A stretch of DNA of 64,000 nt from Phoronis australis (taxonomy: Eukaryota; Animalia; Phoronida), in contig NMRA01000006.1 in assembly GCA_002633005.1 (NCBI GenBank), forward strand, positions 1,322,442 to 1,386,441, given 5' to 3'. A program made the position numbers and the translations under genes. The notes beneath the pieces were generated by a model. It saw only the letters and a list, made by a program, of their open reading frames with translations. It had not been told where the DNA came from and did no database searches. Of this stretch, positions 1 to 12,699 are shown piece by piece. Every line of letters begins with the position of its first letter. Position 1 is the first letter of the stretch.

Positions 1-78
1 ATCTGATTTAGCCAGCCAGCTGGCTGTGTGTATGAAGACTGTACCAAGGCTACATTACGTCATCAACACAACTCTTAC

Positions 79-405
79 TTTCAAAACATTCTTGAAGGTG
101 ACTTGTTCAGGTTTCAAACCTCCAACAGAGTCGTAAACTGTTTTCGATTCTTTGATGAGTTCGTCCGTTGCCTTGGCGATGTCATCCACAGTGAGATTCC
201 ATTTCATTCGGTTACCAGGACACGACATGTCGAAGAAAGTGTTTAAGCAAAGCGGTGCACAATTGCTAAGACGTTTCGAGCAAGGGAACTGGTTACAGTG
301 AGAAGGCAGAAAGTACGGTTTGTCGAGTATCGGCTTGCGACAGGAACTAGTGAGAGTGGAACGGAATGCACTTCGCAAACAGAGAACTACACCGGACAAT
401 GCCAT
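79..405 (-). CDS. First coding exon of a thimet oligopeptidase/neurolysin (THOP1/NLN-like, peptidase M3) gene; rest of gene lies left of the window
   Basis: Translation ...NRMKWNLTVDDIAKATDELIKESKTVYDSVGGLKPEQVTFKNVLK resembles the THOP1/NLN N-terminus (LRWDLS...TxELI...K.VYD.VG.....V.Y.N.L). It ends at a GTAAGA donor (78-77). ATG at 405 precedes an Arg/Ser/Leu-rich leader; a second in-frame ATG is at 228. Confidence 0.82.
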
Positions 406-2819
406 GCGGCATGCGCACAGCGAAGACAATTTGCTGTGCTTGAACTTGGAATTCCGCTTGATCTCAAGATCGTATATGCGTGGACTTATAACCGAGCGAA
501 ACTAGGCCAAGTCTTGGGACAAGATCACTTACGTTGATAAAGCTTTGCACATCACCAAACCAAATTACATGTTAATAAAATGATAAAAAATTTTAACCAA
601 CTTATTGGCTTTTCAGTTTTCAACTATTGGCGATCTCAAGTTATTTACCAAACAATAATTAATAATTCGCATTGATTTCTCCGATTTTGCGACACAAGTT
701 CCGGTAGGCCTAAATGAAATAATGGTTGATCGTGCCAATAATTAAAAAAAATATTTGCACTGAACATTTTTTCTTGCTTTAATGAATATTTAATTCCAAG
801 TCGCACATACGCGATCTCGAGATTAAGCAAAATTCCAAGTTCACGCGTAGCAAGTTTACTTGTCACAGTGACATCTAGCGGTAGTAGTAAAAACTCGGAA
901 CTTCCTCGCACAACTCCACTGGTTAGTGGAGTGCGAGGCAAAATACGTCCTCCTGTTAGCGGACGCCGAACTTTGGCGTACAGCCAATTTCCCTGTAATG
1001 GGAATGCTCCACCTTTTGATAAAAAACAGTATGCATAGAAACCGTTACTTGTGAATATTACTCTGGAAGGAGTATATCACTGAGTAAGCCCGAATTTCCG
1101 GCGCCGCGGGAGGAGTGATTCAGATCACTGAGAATGGCGATAGGCCTACCTACTACAGTAAAGGGACGGTTTAAACAACCTATAGGCTAGTTTACAAAGA
1201 GTCGACTGACCACTGACAATCAAAAAACAGTACATAGTGTGCACCGGCCATAGCAATAGAGGGATATCTACTCAGGCAAGACGAAGTCTGGCAAGTTCAC
1301 TCAGTGAGGTGGACTGAAGACACTACTCACTGAGACCATGGAACGCCAATTTCGATCTCGCTCCCGCTGAGGTTGCGCCGCGCATCCATTCGTTTGGTCC
1401 GGTGTGTGTACTTACTGAGGAAATTACTGTCATTAAAACTTTTTGCAACTCCGCCAGGCTGACTGAACTGAATTGCATGAGACCCATATCATTAGAAAGC
1501 TCTTTGCAGTTCCTGGTGATTATATCAGAAGCAAAAGATAAATTGATAAGTAATTATCATTTCGCATGCCTTCAATGATTTAAAAATAGTTTTTAATTAT
1601 AAAAACCAAAAGTGTTACTAAAATGCAAAAAATAACCGCGTAACAGTAAAATAAAAAAGGAAATGAACCAGACTGAGAGCTTATAAATGACTCAGTTAAA
1701 AGCCACTTGGTAAATAATTTCAATGATTCAAAAGATTTATACTCTATAAAGGTTTGTAGAATATAGATTCCTCCCACATGGTTTATCCACTATACACTTG
1801 TTTTATCCAAAATTATACATCTTGATATCATAATTATTTGAACCTTTGATACCATTTAATACAATTACATTTTTTCAGAACAAATTCAGATTGCAGTGAC
1901 ATTTACGAAAAATGCAACAAACCACTCCAAGTATCTATCCGAAAATATGCAGATAAAGGTTTTCTGACAGATAAAAATTGGGCAAACATCTGTCACGTCG
2001 CTTTGAAGTGTACTGTGGATAACTCATCTCGTTGGTTACAGTGTAGGAATTTCCATAAAAGTTTAGAAATATTAACTCTTTTCTTCAGAACGTAAAAGTT
2101 ATTGATCTTGACACATGTTGTACATCACCGTAGCCTGAACAAGAGACACGGCACATTTAACGACTGTTATGTTACTAAAGAACGAAGTGCACTTTGGAAA
2201 ATAACATTCATCAAAAAAGATAATGTTATTTAGAACACCTGTGGCATAGTTGTCACGCCAACTTTCAAGAACGGAACAACTGGATTGAAAAGGAGGACTT
2301 CAGGATAAAATGTGAGATCTAGGTATTTTGTCGAACGGGAGATGTAACATCCAAAAGTGACCGACAGCGTTTTTGTTCTTGTTTTTGCAGTTAAATGGGA
2401 AATTGCGGGTGCAGTAAAAACTCATGAAATGTCCCGGCCTTGTTTTCTTTTCAGTCGATCGCGAAAATATGTACAATATCATAATTTGGTCTTGTGTCAA
2501 AAAGCGGGACACTTAAATGGTTTGGGGGATGGCGGAAAACATTAAAAAAGTGGGATAGTCCGCACTCAGCAACACGAACTGTTGAACTGGGTTCTTTTAC
2601 AAGGTAAACTTTTCTTTTTGAAAAATTTATTCCATCGGGTATAGGTAAATACTACAGATAACAATAGGCTTCTTAAAAATACAATTATCAAAAAACTGCA
2701 TCTGAACAACAAATACAAACATTGCAACAATGAATTGTTATAAAAATAATTGAAAAACAGTAATAATACACGCACTCACGCACACTCACACACGCGCGCG
2801 CCCGCACACATTTAACTAA

Positions 2820-3245
2820 ACAATTGTATTTTCGGAAAGTTGATCGGACCCGCTAAGAACAAAGACTTTGCTTGTGTTGTGATTCTGGTTCTGTGGAGGA
2901 TGAGCTACATTTTGTGTTTGATTGCTCTCTTTATAACTCACGGAGGTCTAATCTGTTTAATAATGTTTCCCTTCAAATCCCGAACCTTGCAGATTTCAGT
3001 AGATTAGATACGTTAAAATTGCTATTTCAGTATTTCCCTAGGCAATTTGCCAAATATATCAAATCTGTTTTTGAACTTAGAAACCGACGCATTTATGGTA
3101 GGCCTACATCTGAGTTGTGCGGTTAAAGGGATTAATAAGCACAACTGGGCTGGGTACTTATCTTTCTTACGAATGTTATACCTATAACTGTTTAATATAA
3201 AATTGTACTTGTCACAATAATAAATAAACACTAAATACAAATACT
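2820..3245 (+). mobile_element. 3' fragment of a non-LTR retrotransposon (LINE) ORF2
   Basis: ORF 2872-3126 CCDSGSVEDELHFVFDCSLYNSRR matches the CxxC..EDExHFxxxCxxYxxxR zinc-knuckle tail of LINE ORF2 proteins; followed by AATAAA and a short A-rich tail. Confidence 0.7.
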
Positions 3246-3576
3246 AACAACGTCGAGTCGACATTGACCTACATTTTGAACTTTCCATGTCAGAGGTCAC
3301 TGTTGTGAAGTTAAGCGGGACCGGTGATTATTACATGGCCGTATTGAACTCGACTAATTCAACGCGTATGGGATAAATAACATTACTATTTTTGATATAA
3401 ATGTTCAAGATGAGAGTCTCACCCTATTTCGTTTATGCGACCTTTGAGAAATGACTGAAGGTCCCAATATTGGCTAGCTCCGCATGCCAAAGTACTAGAA
3501 CACTGCAAAGACATTCCTTATAAGCTTGTTGCGGAAGGTTGCATCAATAGAGAATCCTACAGGAGTTTCAGGTTTA

Positions 3577-3669
3577 TGACATGGGCAAAACTTCTTGGAA
3601 ATTTCGTCAAAATCCTGAGGCTTGCCAAGGGATTTAATGAAATTTCCAAGAGGTTTTGCCCATGTCATA
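3577..3669. repeat. Near-perfect hairpin (foldback/MITE-like)
   Basis: tgacatgggcaaaacttcttggaaatttc ... gaaatttccaagaggttttgcccatgtca are inverted arms around a short loop. Confidence 0.7.
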
Positions 3670-4289
3670 TATCTTAGACGAGTGTCGGATTTGTTTTCTC
3701 ACATGAACCGGAAAAACGCCAGTGTGTCTAAAACTTTCAACCACACGACGAAACTTTTATGAAAACATGCTTGGGCAATGTAAAGTAATTCAGGTACTTT
3801 TTGTTAATAGGTTTAGTTTAAGCTTAACAATTGTAAATTGCATTCATCTTTCGTAGCAAATATTCAAGTTAGAATCTAATAAATAGTCACTGAAGTTGTA
3901 ATATTAAAACTTAAAAAAATATATATATAAATAACAGTCAGCAAGGCTTCCCCGCGCGTGAGCACTGAATTGACCTTGAGACAGCACACTAGCTAGACAG
4001 CCTCACCGGGTTTCTTGAGTTGGGACTCGTCTCCGTTCGAATGAACGTGGATATGGCCGAATTCTCTGCCGAAGATGGGTCCGTTTAAGAAGTTGTTTGC
4101 ATGTCCTTCCGGCTTGGAGTACGTACAGTTGCGACACCTGATTTGTCAATCATAATCTTCTCTCCTCGGAATTTCGTCATTGTTTGGTTGGCGCGTGAAT
4201 GTAAGATGTATGAATTTCTAGTGTGCACTACTTCGTGATTTGCCCATATAGTATCAAAAATACGTAGGTCTACATATATATAGATTGTT

Positions 4290-5210
4290 TCATGGCGAAG
4301 TCGTTATCCCCCGCTATCTAGAGCCCGAATGGATTTTGGAGAATTGTCGCCCGAGGGGCGTTAGCCCCGAGGGTGATAATTCTCCAAAATCCACGAGGGC
4401 TCTTGATAAGGGGGATAACGACTGAGAACATGTAATAATTTATTTATACCAAACACTAAACGAGAAACATTGCAATGAATCGATCTACCTTTCTCGACTC
4501 GCCTCGGCTTTGTAACTACTTTCTATGTCAGAGGCCCGGGGTCGGAGGTTGTGACCTTTTAAGAAAAGCCGAGCTATTTTTGTCAAATAATGCTTATACT
4601 CAAAACCAATTGGAAATTTAAACAAAATAGAAATGAAGTTAATCTATAAATTAAGGTTTAGCAACTGTTATAGCTTACTACACATTTTATCACGCCAAGC
4701 TTCGACTGGGAAATATTGTCTGCTAAAGTAGGTTACCACTTGTACTGACTATAATGCTCAAGTCAAAGGATCCCGACACGATACCCGCATTCAAATTGTA
4801 GATCGGTGACTTACAAGTGAGAGATCACGAGAGAAAAATTTCACTGAATATCGTTTTTTATGGAAATTATGCGTCTTATTTTTCATATCGTATAAATGTC
4901 GGTGCAATGCCCTTTGCTGAACATGCGATTGTTGCGCGTGCTCATTTAGTATCCTATTTTCACGTTCGACGACCGTCAGCCCCTAAGTGGTGTAGTGGTA
5001 AAGTCGGCGACTCGAAACTCTTGACGCCCGGGTTCGAATCCGGTCTCGGTTTCCCGCCAAAATGTTATCTCACTAGTGAGATAACTTTATGGGTTATTAC
5101 ACGGTTGTATCTGCCACTCGAGGTTAATATTGTGGTATAAAGATTATTACATGGCGAAGACGTTATTCCCCGTATTCTAGAGCCCGGGTGGGTTTTGGAG
5201 AATTATCGCC
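4290..5210. mobile_element. Non-autonomous element with a palindromic end, a direct end repeat and an internal tRNA-like segment
   Basis: Hairpin at 4291-4432; its left arm (catggcgaag..cgttat..tagagccc..ttttggagaatt.tcgccc) recurs at 5150-5211. A-box/B-box-like sequence (tggtgtagtggta; ggttcgaatcc) at 4988-5041. Family not assigned. Confidence 0.5.
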
Positions 5211-5936
5211 CATCAGCTATCGTCATTAGACATTGCCGCTTCTCATGCTCTCCTCAAATAAACGAGTATTCGGCATATCGGTATAGGGTACTGTAAACTC
5301 GCGTTCCATCAAATAATAAAAGATTTTTTATTTGTACCATTTACCTGAGTCTATAAAGCATGATTCAGCTTGTCCCACGAGAGGTGGTTTTCGAGCATGG
5401 AAAGAAATGACTGCTTAAAAAAGACCCCCTGTAAAAGTTTCGGGAGCTGGTCTGAAGCAACACGGAACAGTGTTCTCTAGAAGCCTTAAAGTTATCTTTA
5501 ATTTGAGATAAAAAGAAGCCCACACCACTTTCATAGGTATAAGTGTGAAAAGTTACGACGGTCGAACTTATAGCAGCTCGAATTTTTATGCTATGTCCAG
5601 AAACGTCTAAGATCCTAATTATTCATAATTATCGACATTTTCAAAAACATTTTAAACGACAGAACCTTCTTCAAACTGTTAATTTCCTCTCTCTGAGGAC
5701 GATTTCTATTAAAAATTTGAAAGCTTTCAAAGGGAAAGCGTGCCCCGACTCTTCAGAAAGCGAACGATTTTTATGCTTTTGAAGTAAGAAATTTTTGGAC
5801 GATCCCGAGTAATCGTGAGTTGATTAGGAGTCAGATTGTGAAAAGTGGCCACAAACACCGAGAAATCAGCGCAAAAGATTGTTCTTTTGAAAATTTTCCA
5901 ATTTCAGTACTTGCACAATCTACACAATAAGACAAG

Positions 5937-6134
5937 CTAAATATCCTGGGAAGAGGCACTTGTTGACGTCCCCTTGCGATCTGAGTAATCGCTACTCGAT
6001 GACCTCACCAGTCCTGGTTTCAAGCAAACGGAGTTCCCTGGAAAACTACAATACGTCTTGATCACCATTTGGGCAAACGTTGGATTATATCCCTCTTTAC
6101 CGACAAGAAAATATGTCTTCAGTTCTACCAAACC
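5937..6134 (-). CDS. PstS-domain receptor guanylyl cyclase-like gene, coding exon 5 (last)
   Basis: Acceptor ttttgttacag (AG at 6136-6135), phase 0. GLVELKTYFLVGKE matches the cyclase C-terminal KGKG.M.TYWL.G motif. TAG stop at 5939-5937. Confidence 0.8.
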   Translation of the reverse strand, partial: GLVELKTYFLVGKEGYNPTFAQMVIKTYCSFPGNSVCLKPGLVRSSSSDYSDRKGTSTSASSQDI

Positions 6135-6279
6135 CTGTAACAAAAACCAACACACATGTATTTGAATAGCACAATAAACGGAAAATAATAATTATGGCAA
6201 TTCATCTCATACATTTGCATAAAGCACGAGTTCACCTTAAAAAAATAATCAATCTTAACTGAAGAGAAATCTTTTCGAT

Positions 6280-7165
6280 TTATTGTCTCTAAACCATTCT
6301 CAACACAACTGTTCAAAATATTCCAGTCAGGTAACACAGGTCGCGAACAGTCTGCACAGGTACACGTCAAAATGCATTGTGCGAGAACAGACCATAAATC
6401 AATACAGTTGGTGCTAAAATGAACCAATGCTCAGCGTGATTCAACCGAATATGCTTAGCCTCCTTTATAAGGAGCCTAAGGGTGGCACCACCCCTGTCCA
6501 AGATCTGAACACTAGAGTAATCTATAATGTGAGCAGTGGTCAATGAATGATTAAGAACAGCACTGTGTGTGTCTTTGGAGTGTTCTTTGACTCTGACACT
6601 GAGAATGCTGTTGAAATGACAGGTTCTTACGCAACCACTCTGACAATGACGTGCGGATTTTTGTTATGGGCCTGAATTAAAGAAAGTATTTCTAAATATT
6701 TCCTTTTTGGCTAACTGTAATGTGTGGTCGACAGACAGGTTAAGAGAATGCTTGCAGCTATTGTTTCATGTTTGAAACTTGTAACAATTTTTAAACCTAT
6801 TAACAGACTCCTGTCATTGTCTAAGACTAAAACACCATAAAGCAATTCTCAAAGAAGTCATGTTGTGCACCAACTCAACTGTAATGAATGTGAACATTTT
6901 TACATTGGAACGACTAACAAGATTCTCAGCCTCAGAGTCAAAGAACACTCTAAAGACACACACACAGTGGTTTTCTTAATCACTTATTGATAACTGGTCA
7001 CACGTTGATTACTCTGGTGTTCAGATCTTGAGCACGGATGATGCCACCCTCAGGCTCCATATAAAGGAGGCTATGCCTATACGGTTGAATCACGCTGAGC
7101 GCTATCTCAACAGAAACATTGGTTCAGTTGAGCTTCAACTGTATTGATTTATGGTCTCTCCCCTC
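6280..7165 (+). mobile_element. Penelope-like retroelement remnant (GIY-YIG endonuclease 3' end), interrupted by a hAT insertion
   Basis: About 6846-7148 reads SQRSHVVHQLNCNECEHFYIGTTNKILSLRVKEH...HIKEAM...LNRNIGSVELQLY, a Penelope GIY-YIG signature. 6280-6375 is an inverted copy of ~10318-10400, which resumes after the hAT. Confidence 0.7.
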
Positions 7166-10100
7166 CAGTGCTGTAGTGGTAAAATTAGAGGTAAGTAGGC
7201 GCCCAGAGCCCAACGCATCACTTTGAGCACTGTACGTAGGCGCTACGCTCAAATGTCAAAAGGTGGTTGGCTGCGTCTATATGCACCTACGCCCCGCTAC
7301 AGCATTGCCCGACTCACAAAAATGTAGGCCTATTTTTGACTCAGGAGTGAGTGTTTAGAGTATGTACGGTAGCTGATCTAGGATATCGGGGAAAAGGGAT
7401 CCAACCACACATATTCGAAGGCAAAAGTAACGCCTAGAAATTATATTTGGTGGCGATTTTTAGTCGCCCGAGGGGGCGTGTCCTCGGGGCACTTCGATCT
7501 CCCTTTATCCACCTATGGTGTGACGCAATAAATGTTACTTTATCTTGAAATGTTAATAAAAAAATTCATTACTAGATGAGATTATTAATTAAATCAGTTT
7601 TGGCCACAATAAGATAAAAAACAGGACGATCGCCGCACAAATAAAAAAGTTCATGTTCAATTCAACGTTTCGTCTTTTCATTAGACATCAGGATCATATT
7701 TACAACAATTTAGGAAACAAGTGCCAACATACAGGTGAGGTTATGTTACTACGCACTCTTCAAATACTAATTACACGAACACGATGTTACACAAGCAACT
7801 GGTATTTAGTGAGCTTAACAAATAGTATGTACAATACGCACACGTGCATGCGTTAATGTATAATGCACCAACTTGGAGTGTGGGTTTCTTGCAAGCAACT
7901 GTTCTTATTTTTTAAGTTTGCAAAATACTAGGTACTAGTGACCAGTCCAAAGATAGAGTACTTAGTTACGGAATCCTCCACAAACTTATTTTATTGTCAG
8001 TTTTGTTCTTTTCCAAGTCACATGATCTCGATTGAGAACTATCAGCTGTTCCGTGTTGTCGAATCCACGTTTTGGCATAAGGTTGTGGGTCAAACATGGA
8101 AAGCGGGGGACCATTGACCTTGCCAAAAAGCAAGCTGGAGGTGGTTTCTAATAGCAAACAAGAACGAGAGTCTGTTACTGTCCGCGATTCATTTTGTTGA
8201 ATCCTCGTTCACATTCAGCTGTTCTGCAAGGAAGAGTCTTAATACAGAGGTCCATTTGTCGCAGAGCACTTGGTAGGTTATTCCCTCTAACCGTTTCCTC
8301 CATTTCTATGAACTCGCGCATTCCCCTGATTGCCGATGTGGCAACCAACCCAAACCGTTCGCAAAGCCGCCTGACTTCGTGCTGGCCATGTCTTATCCCG
8401 GATCCCAACTGCCGCGTTTTGGGTTCCAAAATGCTGAAACAAGAGCAAAATGACTGCTCATCATTGTCAAGTAAACGCTGTTCCAGCTTCACAACAACAC
8501 TTTGAATAAACTGACCAGGGTGTATGGCCACGGTAGTTCCTTTAAGGGTTTCCTTCAGTTCCAGTGACACAAACCTCTTCTCTTTAATGCATGTCAGTGC
8601 AGTGGCTAATGCCTGCTCGGGATTATCAACCATAGACTTGAGGACGCGAACCGTCCAACAAATAAGCTTGTTTGCTTGCGGTATTGTTGTGGTTCTGCAC
8701 TGTAGATCCACAGAAAGGCTTGACAGCTCTTCTAGCACATCATGCATCAGCGCAAGATTCTGAATGAGCCGGGTGGGACTTTCCAAGTATAGCAGTAATC
8801 CCCCCAAAAAATACTCCGATCACTTGAACGACGGTTTCCGTTTTCACTGGCTAACTCTAAAGCAGTGCCATGTCAAAAGTCTAGGGAAGCGTTCGCGTAA
8901 TGTTGCAACTCCAGAATGTTTTCCTGTCAAAACACTGGCGCCGTCACTTGCAAATGCTCCTGTAAATATTCCATCGTAAAACCACAGTGTTGTAGACTGT
9001 TAAGGAGGGACGCTTCAATGGATTCGGTAGTTTGTTGTTCAAGCTGGACAAGGTCAAGCATTATAAAAAGTGGATCGCTATCACCAATAGATGCTCTTAC
9101 GTAAATGGTCAGTGCTTACCGTTGTCGCTTCACCGACTAACACAACTTTCTTGCTGTTTTCTGCCATAACTGTACTGACGATTTTTTCGCGCATTTGCTT
9201 GGTTATGTGCTTGATTATGGACGTTGCACTGAAACTTGAATGGAGCGTAACACCCAAATTCAAACCATTCAGTTTCTGAAGATTTATGAGATGCTCGTGA
9301 TCGGTGAACGGACGATTTATTTGAATAAGTGAATATGCTGTTCTGAAGACGTTTTCCGTTGTGGTCTGCTCATGAGCTGCAACTTTAACCAATGTATTTT
9401 CAATTGCTCTTTACTTTTCGTTTCGTCAATACTTTGAGCAATGTTGTGGGCTTTAGAGCTCATATGACGACTGATTTCACTCCTGAACGACTTTTAAGTT
9501 TAGAAAGTCGGGAATCTCCAGCTGCTTCTATCAGAAAATGTGCCCACTTCGAAGATATTGATACGACACTTTCTTTCATCAAACCTAGGTCTAGTACAGT
9601 ATAGCAAGAAAAGCAACCCAGCTTTCCATCCTTGTGTCCCAACCAGGTATACTTTTTCTTGAATTCCATCCACTGATCGTAATTCCACACGCGTGGTCAC
9701 TGTGACGAGTCATCATCTGGATCACCTGCAGATATTTCCGTTTCAGACGTGGAGGGACCCGTTTCAGGAATACTAGTTTCAGCAAATGAGTCACTTTCAA
9801 CAGGAGGATTTGGTCCCGTGCTTTCTGATATCGGCATCTTCTTAAAATATTTCAGTACCGATTGGCAACAAGCTGATTGTCGTTTCATAGCGGCACAAAA
9901 TTTAAAAGCCCTCAATTAAACTTATAATTCGGTAGCAATAGTTCGTCTCGTTTGGACGAGTCCATTACAATGACCAGCTGCAGAAACCGCGTGCACTTAA
10001 AAGAGCAAAGTAAGACTGGTGCTGTTTTTGATGTTTGCCAATACCTCATCGAAGCATGCCTGGTGGTCGCGCGCGCCGAAATGTTCGGCAACAATGCTGT

Positions 10101-10305
10101 CGTCAGCGTAGCAGCGTATTGATGCCGTAAGCTAATCGTTTCAATACTACGCCCCACTTAACCGTCACGTACGGCGCGTTTAGGCGCTATCTTAAAAGTT
10201 AGAAAGGTGGTTGGCTGCGCCTACGTGCGCGTACGCCCCACTATGCCGAAACTTACGGTGGGTAGGCGTTACGCCTACGTGCGTCTACCCCCCACTACAG
10301 CACTG
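7166..10305 (-). mobile_element. hAT-superfamily DNA transposon with a decayed KIAA1586/ZNF862-like transposase
   Basis: TIRs cagtgctgtagtgg / ccactacagcactg; exact 8-bp TSD ctcccctc (7158-7165 and 10306-10313). Frameshifted minus-strand pieces: QWMEFKKKYTWL..LGCFSC, FRTAY...RPFTDHE.LI.LQKLNG, and the hAT dimerisation motif TAECERGFNKMN. Confidence 0.9.
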
Positions 10306-10941
10306 CTCCCCTCAGAGTACATTTTGACGTGTTCGCCACCTGTGTTACCTGACTGGAATATTTTGAACATGTGTGTTGAGAATAATTTAGTGACAATGAA
10401 CTAAAACGTCAATTAACATGTCGTTACTTACATATGCGCTGATTTTAAAGCTCGTACTCATATTTTGTCAAAAAACAAATGTGATCAAGAATCCTTTCCG
10501 TTCCTTATTTTATAATATTCATGAAATTACGCTTTGAGGGAAGACAGAGATACATCATTAAGCGCAACTATCCGCTGGTTCCAAGCCTTATGTAGGAGGG
10601 TACAACGCCTAGCTAAGGTTTGTAAACGATATATTCTGCGCCTCATCGTCAGTACAGGAAGGTTGGACAAGAAGCAGCTGCTCTTGGGGCTAAAATGCTT
10701 TTTGCTATAACATTGAAGCAAAATGTCACGCTCACCACGTGATTTTGTGGCTTTTTTCTTATTTAAGCTTAGGTGTAGGCCTAGTTATGGCTATGTCCAC
10801 TTAAAGATGCCCGTGTGGGGGTGTCTGTAGTGTTCGTAGGCGGTGGGTTTCTTGCTCCACCTTACCCTACACCCTTATCTTATCATTTCAGAAATGTAAT
10901 CGAAATAGGAGCAAGATAAGTTTTGAATTTAATTAATATAC

Positions 10942-11604
10942 CTGTTCTTGAATAGACAGTAGGTTGTTTTCCACGCAGACTTTTTCCTTGTACAAAATCT
11001 TCCAACCTGACATCTTATTCTTTAGCAGTTCGCATGTACTTTCCGACACCAATATCTTCCCTGTTGCAGATTTACTTTCTAAAAGACACGCTAACGTGAA
11101 AGTATCCCCAAAAACGGCGAAATGGGGAACTTTGAGCCCAACGACGGCTGCCACTACCGACCCGGTGTGTATAGCGATACGCATCTCCAGCTGTGTCCGC
11201 TTCCGTCCACGCATGTGAAACTTGTTAAACGCTGACTGGAAGTCGAGTGCCATGTTGCAACACTCTTCCGCGTGTGTCTGAATGCTCTCGTTGGGCACAC
11301 CAGAGATGTAAATGACGGTGTCAGCGATGCTCTCAATCTTTTTTATGTCGTGTCGCTCCGCGATCACATCCATAACGAGGTACATGTCGTTGACTAGCTC
11401 CATTATAGCGGACGGATGGTAAGTGGCCACTATTTCATTGAAGTTGACAGCACGGGCCACGAGGAGACTAGCCTGCGTGTATGACTTAGCTTGTACCGTT
11501 TGCCCCTCAGTGATCTGATCAGCGATAGTAGGTGGCAGTATGTCATGGAGGATGTTCTGTACACTCGTTATCGCTTCGGCTAACTCATCCACTTGCGAGT
11601 CTAC
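10942..11604 (-). CDS. PstS-domain receptor guanylyl cyclase-like gene, coding exon 4: signalling helix and class III cyclase domain (catalytically degenerate)
   Basis: Acceptor ccacag (11606-11605), donor GTATAT (10941-10940). LHDILPPTIADQI..GQTVQAKSY...KIESIAD...SGVP...HAEE...MALD...LEMRIAIHTGSVVAAVVGLKVP...FGDT aligns with receptor GC catalytic domains. Confidence 0.9.
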
Positions 11605-11884
11605 CTGTGGATGACAATCAACATAGCCTGCAACATTATATGCACGATTAGTTGTGAGTTTCAGTGTACGTGTTGAGACCGAGATCTTTCGTATGTGTTG
11701 CATATGCTCCAAAAATTAATTGATTCGCTGAAAGGCAGGTTTTCTGTTATTTGCTGAGTGTCGAGCCACTTCTAGCCTAAAATGATCATGTTCTCTCTGG
11801 ATCTTTTTGTTTGGGTACCTCAGTAATTCTAACGCTGTCACGAACAGCGAGGTATTTGTGACGATGCCGACAGTGGAAGTCGGG

Positions 11885-12268
11885 TGATGGTGGAGCCAGC
11901 AGGAATGGTGGTAGTGGTAGTAGTGATGGTGGAGGCAGCAGGAATGGTGGTAGTGGTAGTACTGATGGTGGAGGCAGCAGGAATGGTGGTAGTGGTAGTA
12001 CTGATGGTGGAGGCAGCAGGAAAGGTGGTAGTGGTAGTAGTGATGATGAAGACAGCGGTGGTGGTGATGGTAGTGGCAGGATGGTGTTGGTAGTGCTGGT
12101 GGTGGTAGAGATGATATGGTGATGATGATGATGATTATGACAGTAGTGACGGTGATGTGTTGACAATAGGGATGCTGGTAGTGGTAATGGTTGTATTGGT
12201 GGCGATGACGGTGATTATGATGATGGTGATGACGGTGATTATGATGATGATGATGACGGTGATTATGA

Positions 12269-12302
<34 letters not shown>

Positions 12303-12345
12303 GATGGCGACTTTAACAACGGTGCTGATGGCATTGACCAAAATG
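11885..12345. repeat. 39-bp minisatellite (~4 copies) grading into (GAT/GGT)n trinucleotide microsatellite, intronic
   Basis: Unit gatggtggaggcagcaggaatggtggtagtggtagta(c/g)t repeated, then long gat/ggt runs. Confidence 0.9.
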
Positions 12346-12417
12346 ATAATTACGATGTAGCGTAATGTATAACAAAATATTGCTAATTTTTTTCAATGGA
12401 GAAGCAAAGATAAGCAC

Positions 12418-12699
12418 TTTCTGCTCCAACTGAAGAACGTAACTCTCCAGCGCTTCCATCATAGTGTCGAGAACTGTTTTCTTTGAAGGATGTGCGTTAC
12501 TGAGGATTTTAAGCAGCTGGGAGAAGGACGGCCTTTTCAGGGGCTCTTCATCCCAAAGTCTAGTCAGTATGCTTCTGACTAAGCTGGGAGTCTCCGGCCG
12601 GATCATTGGCCTTAAGCTGGCCTTCTTGATCTCTTCGACAATGTCCTGGGGTTGGAGCTCATCGGCCATTTCTGAGTAAGGATCCTCTCTGGTGAAAAC
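12418..12699 (-). CDS. PstS-domain receptor guanylyl cyclase-like gene, coding exon 3: C-lobe of kinase-homology domain and start of coiled coil
   Basis: Acceptor tttcgcag (12701-12700), donor GTGCTT (12417-12416). VFTREDPY...RP...LWDEEPLKRPSF...VLDTMMEALESYVLQLEQK matches rGC CW.E.P..RP.F and ILD.....ME.Y...LE. Confidence 0.88.

Noticed and set aside
4980-5050. tRNA gene
   Set aside because: A- and B-box-like motifs are present, but I could not build a convincing acceptor or anticodon stem and it sits inside a repeat; treated as tRNA-derived. The same applies to ~46418-46478.
11786-12360. His-, Pro-, Ile-, Met- and Val-rich ORFs on both strands
   Set aside because: Translations of an intronic trinucleotide/minisatellite tract; exons 3 and 4 of the receptor join cleanly without them (LEQK|VDSQ).
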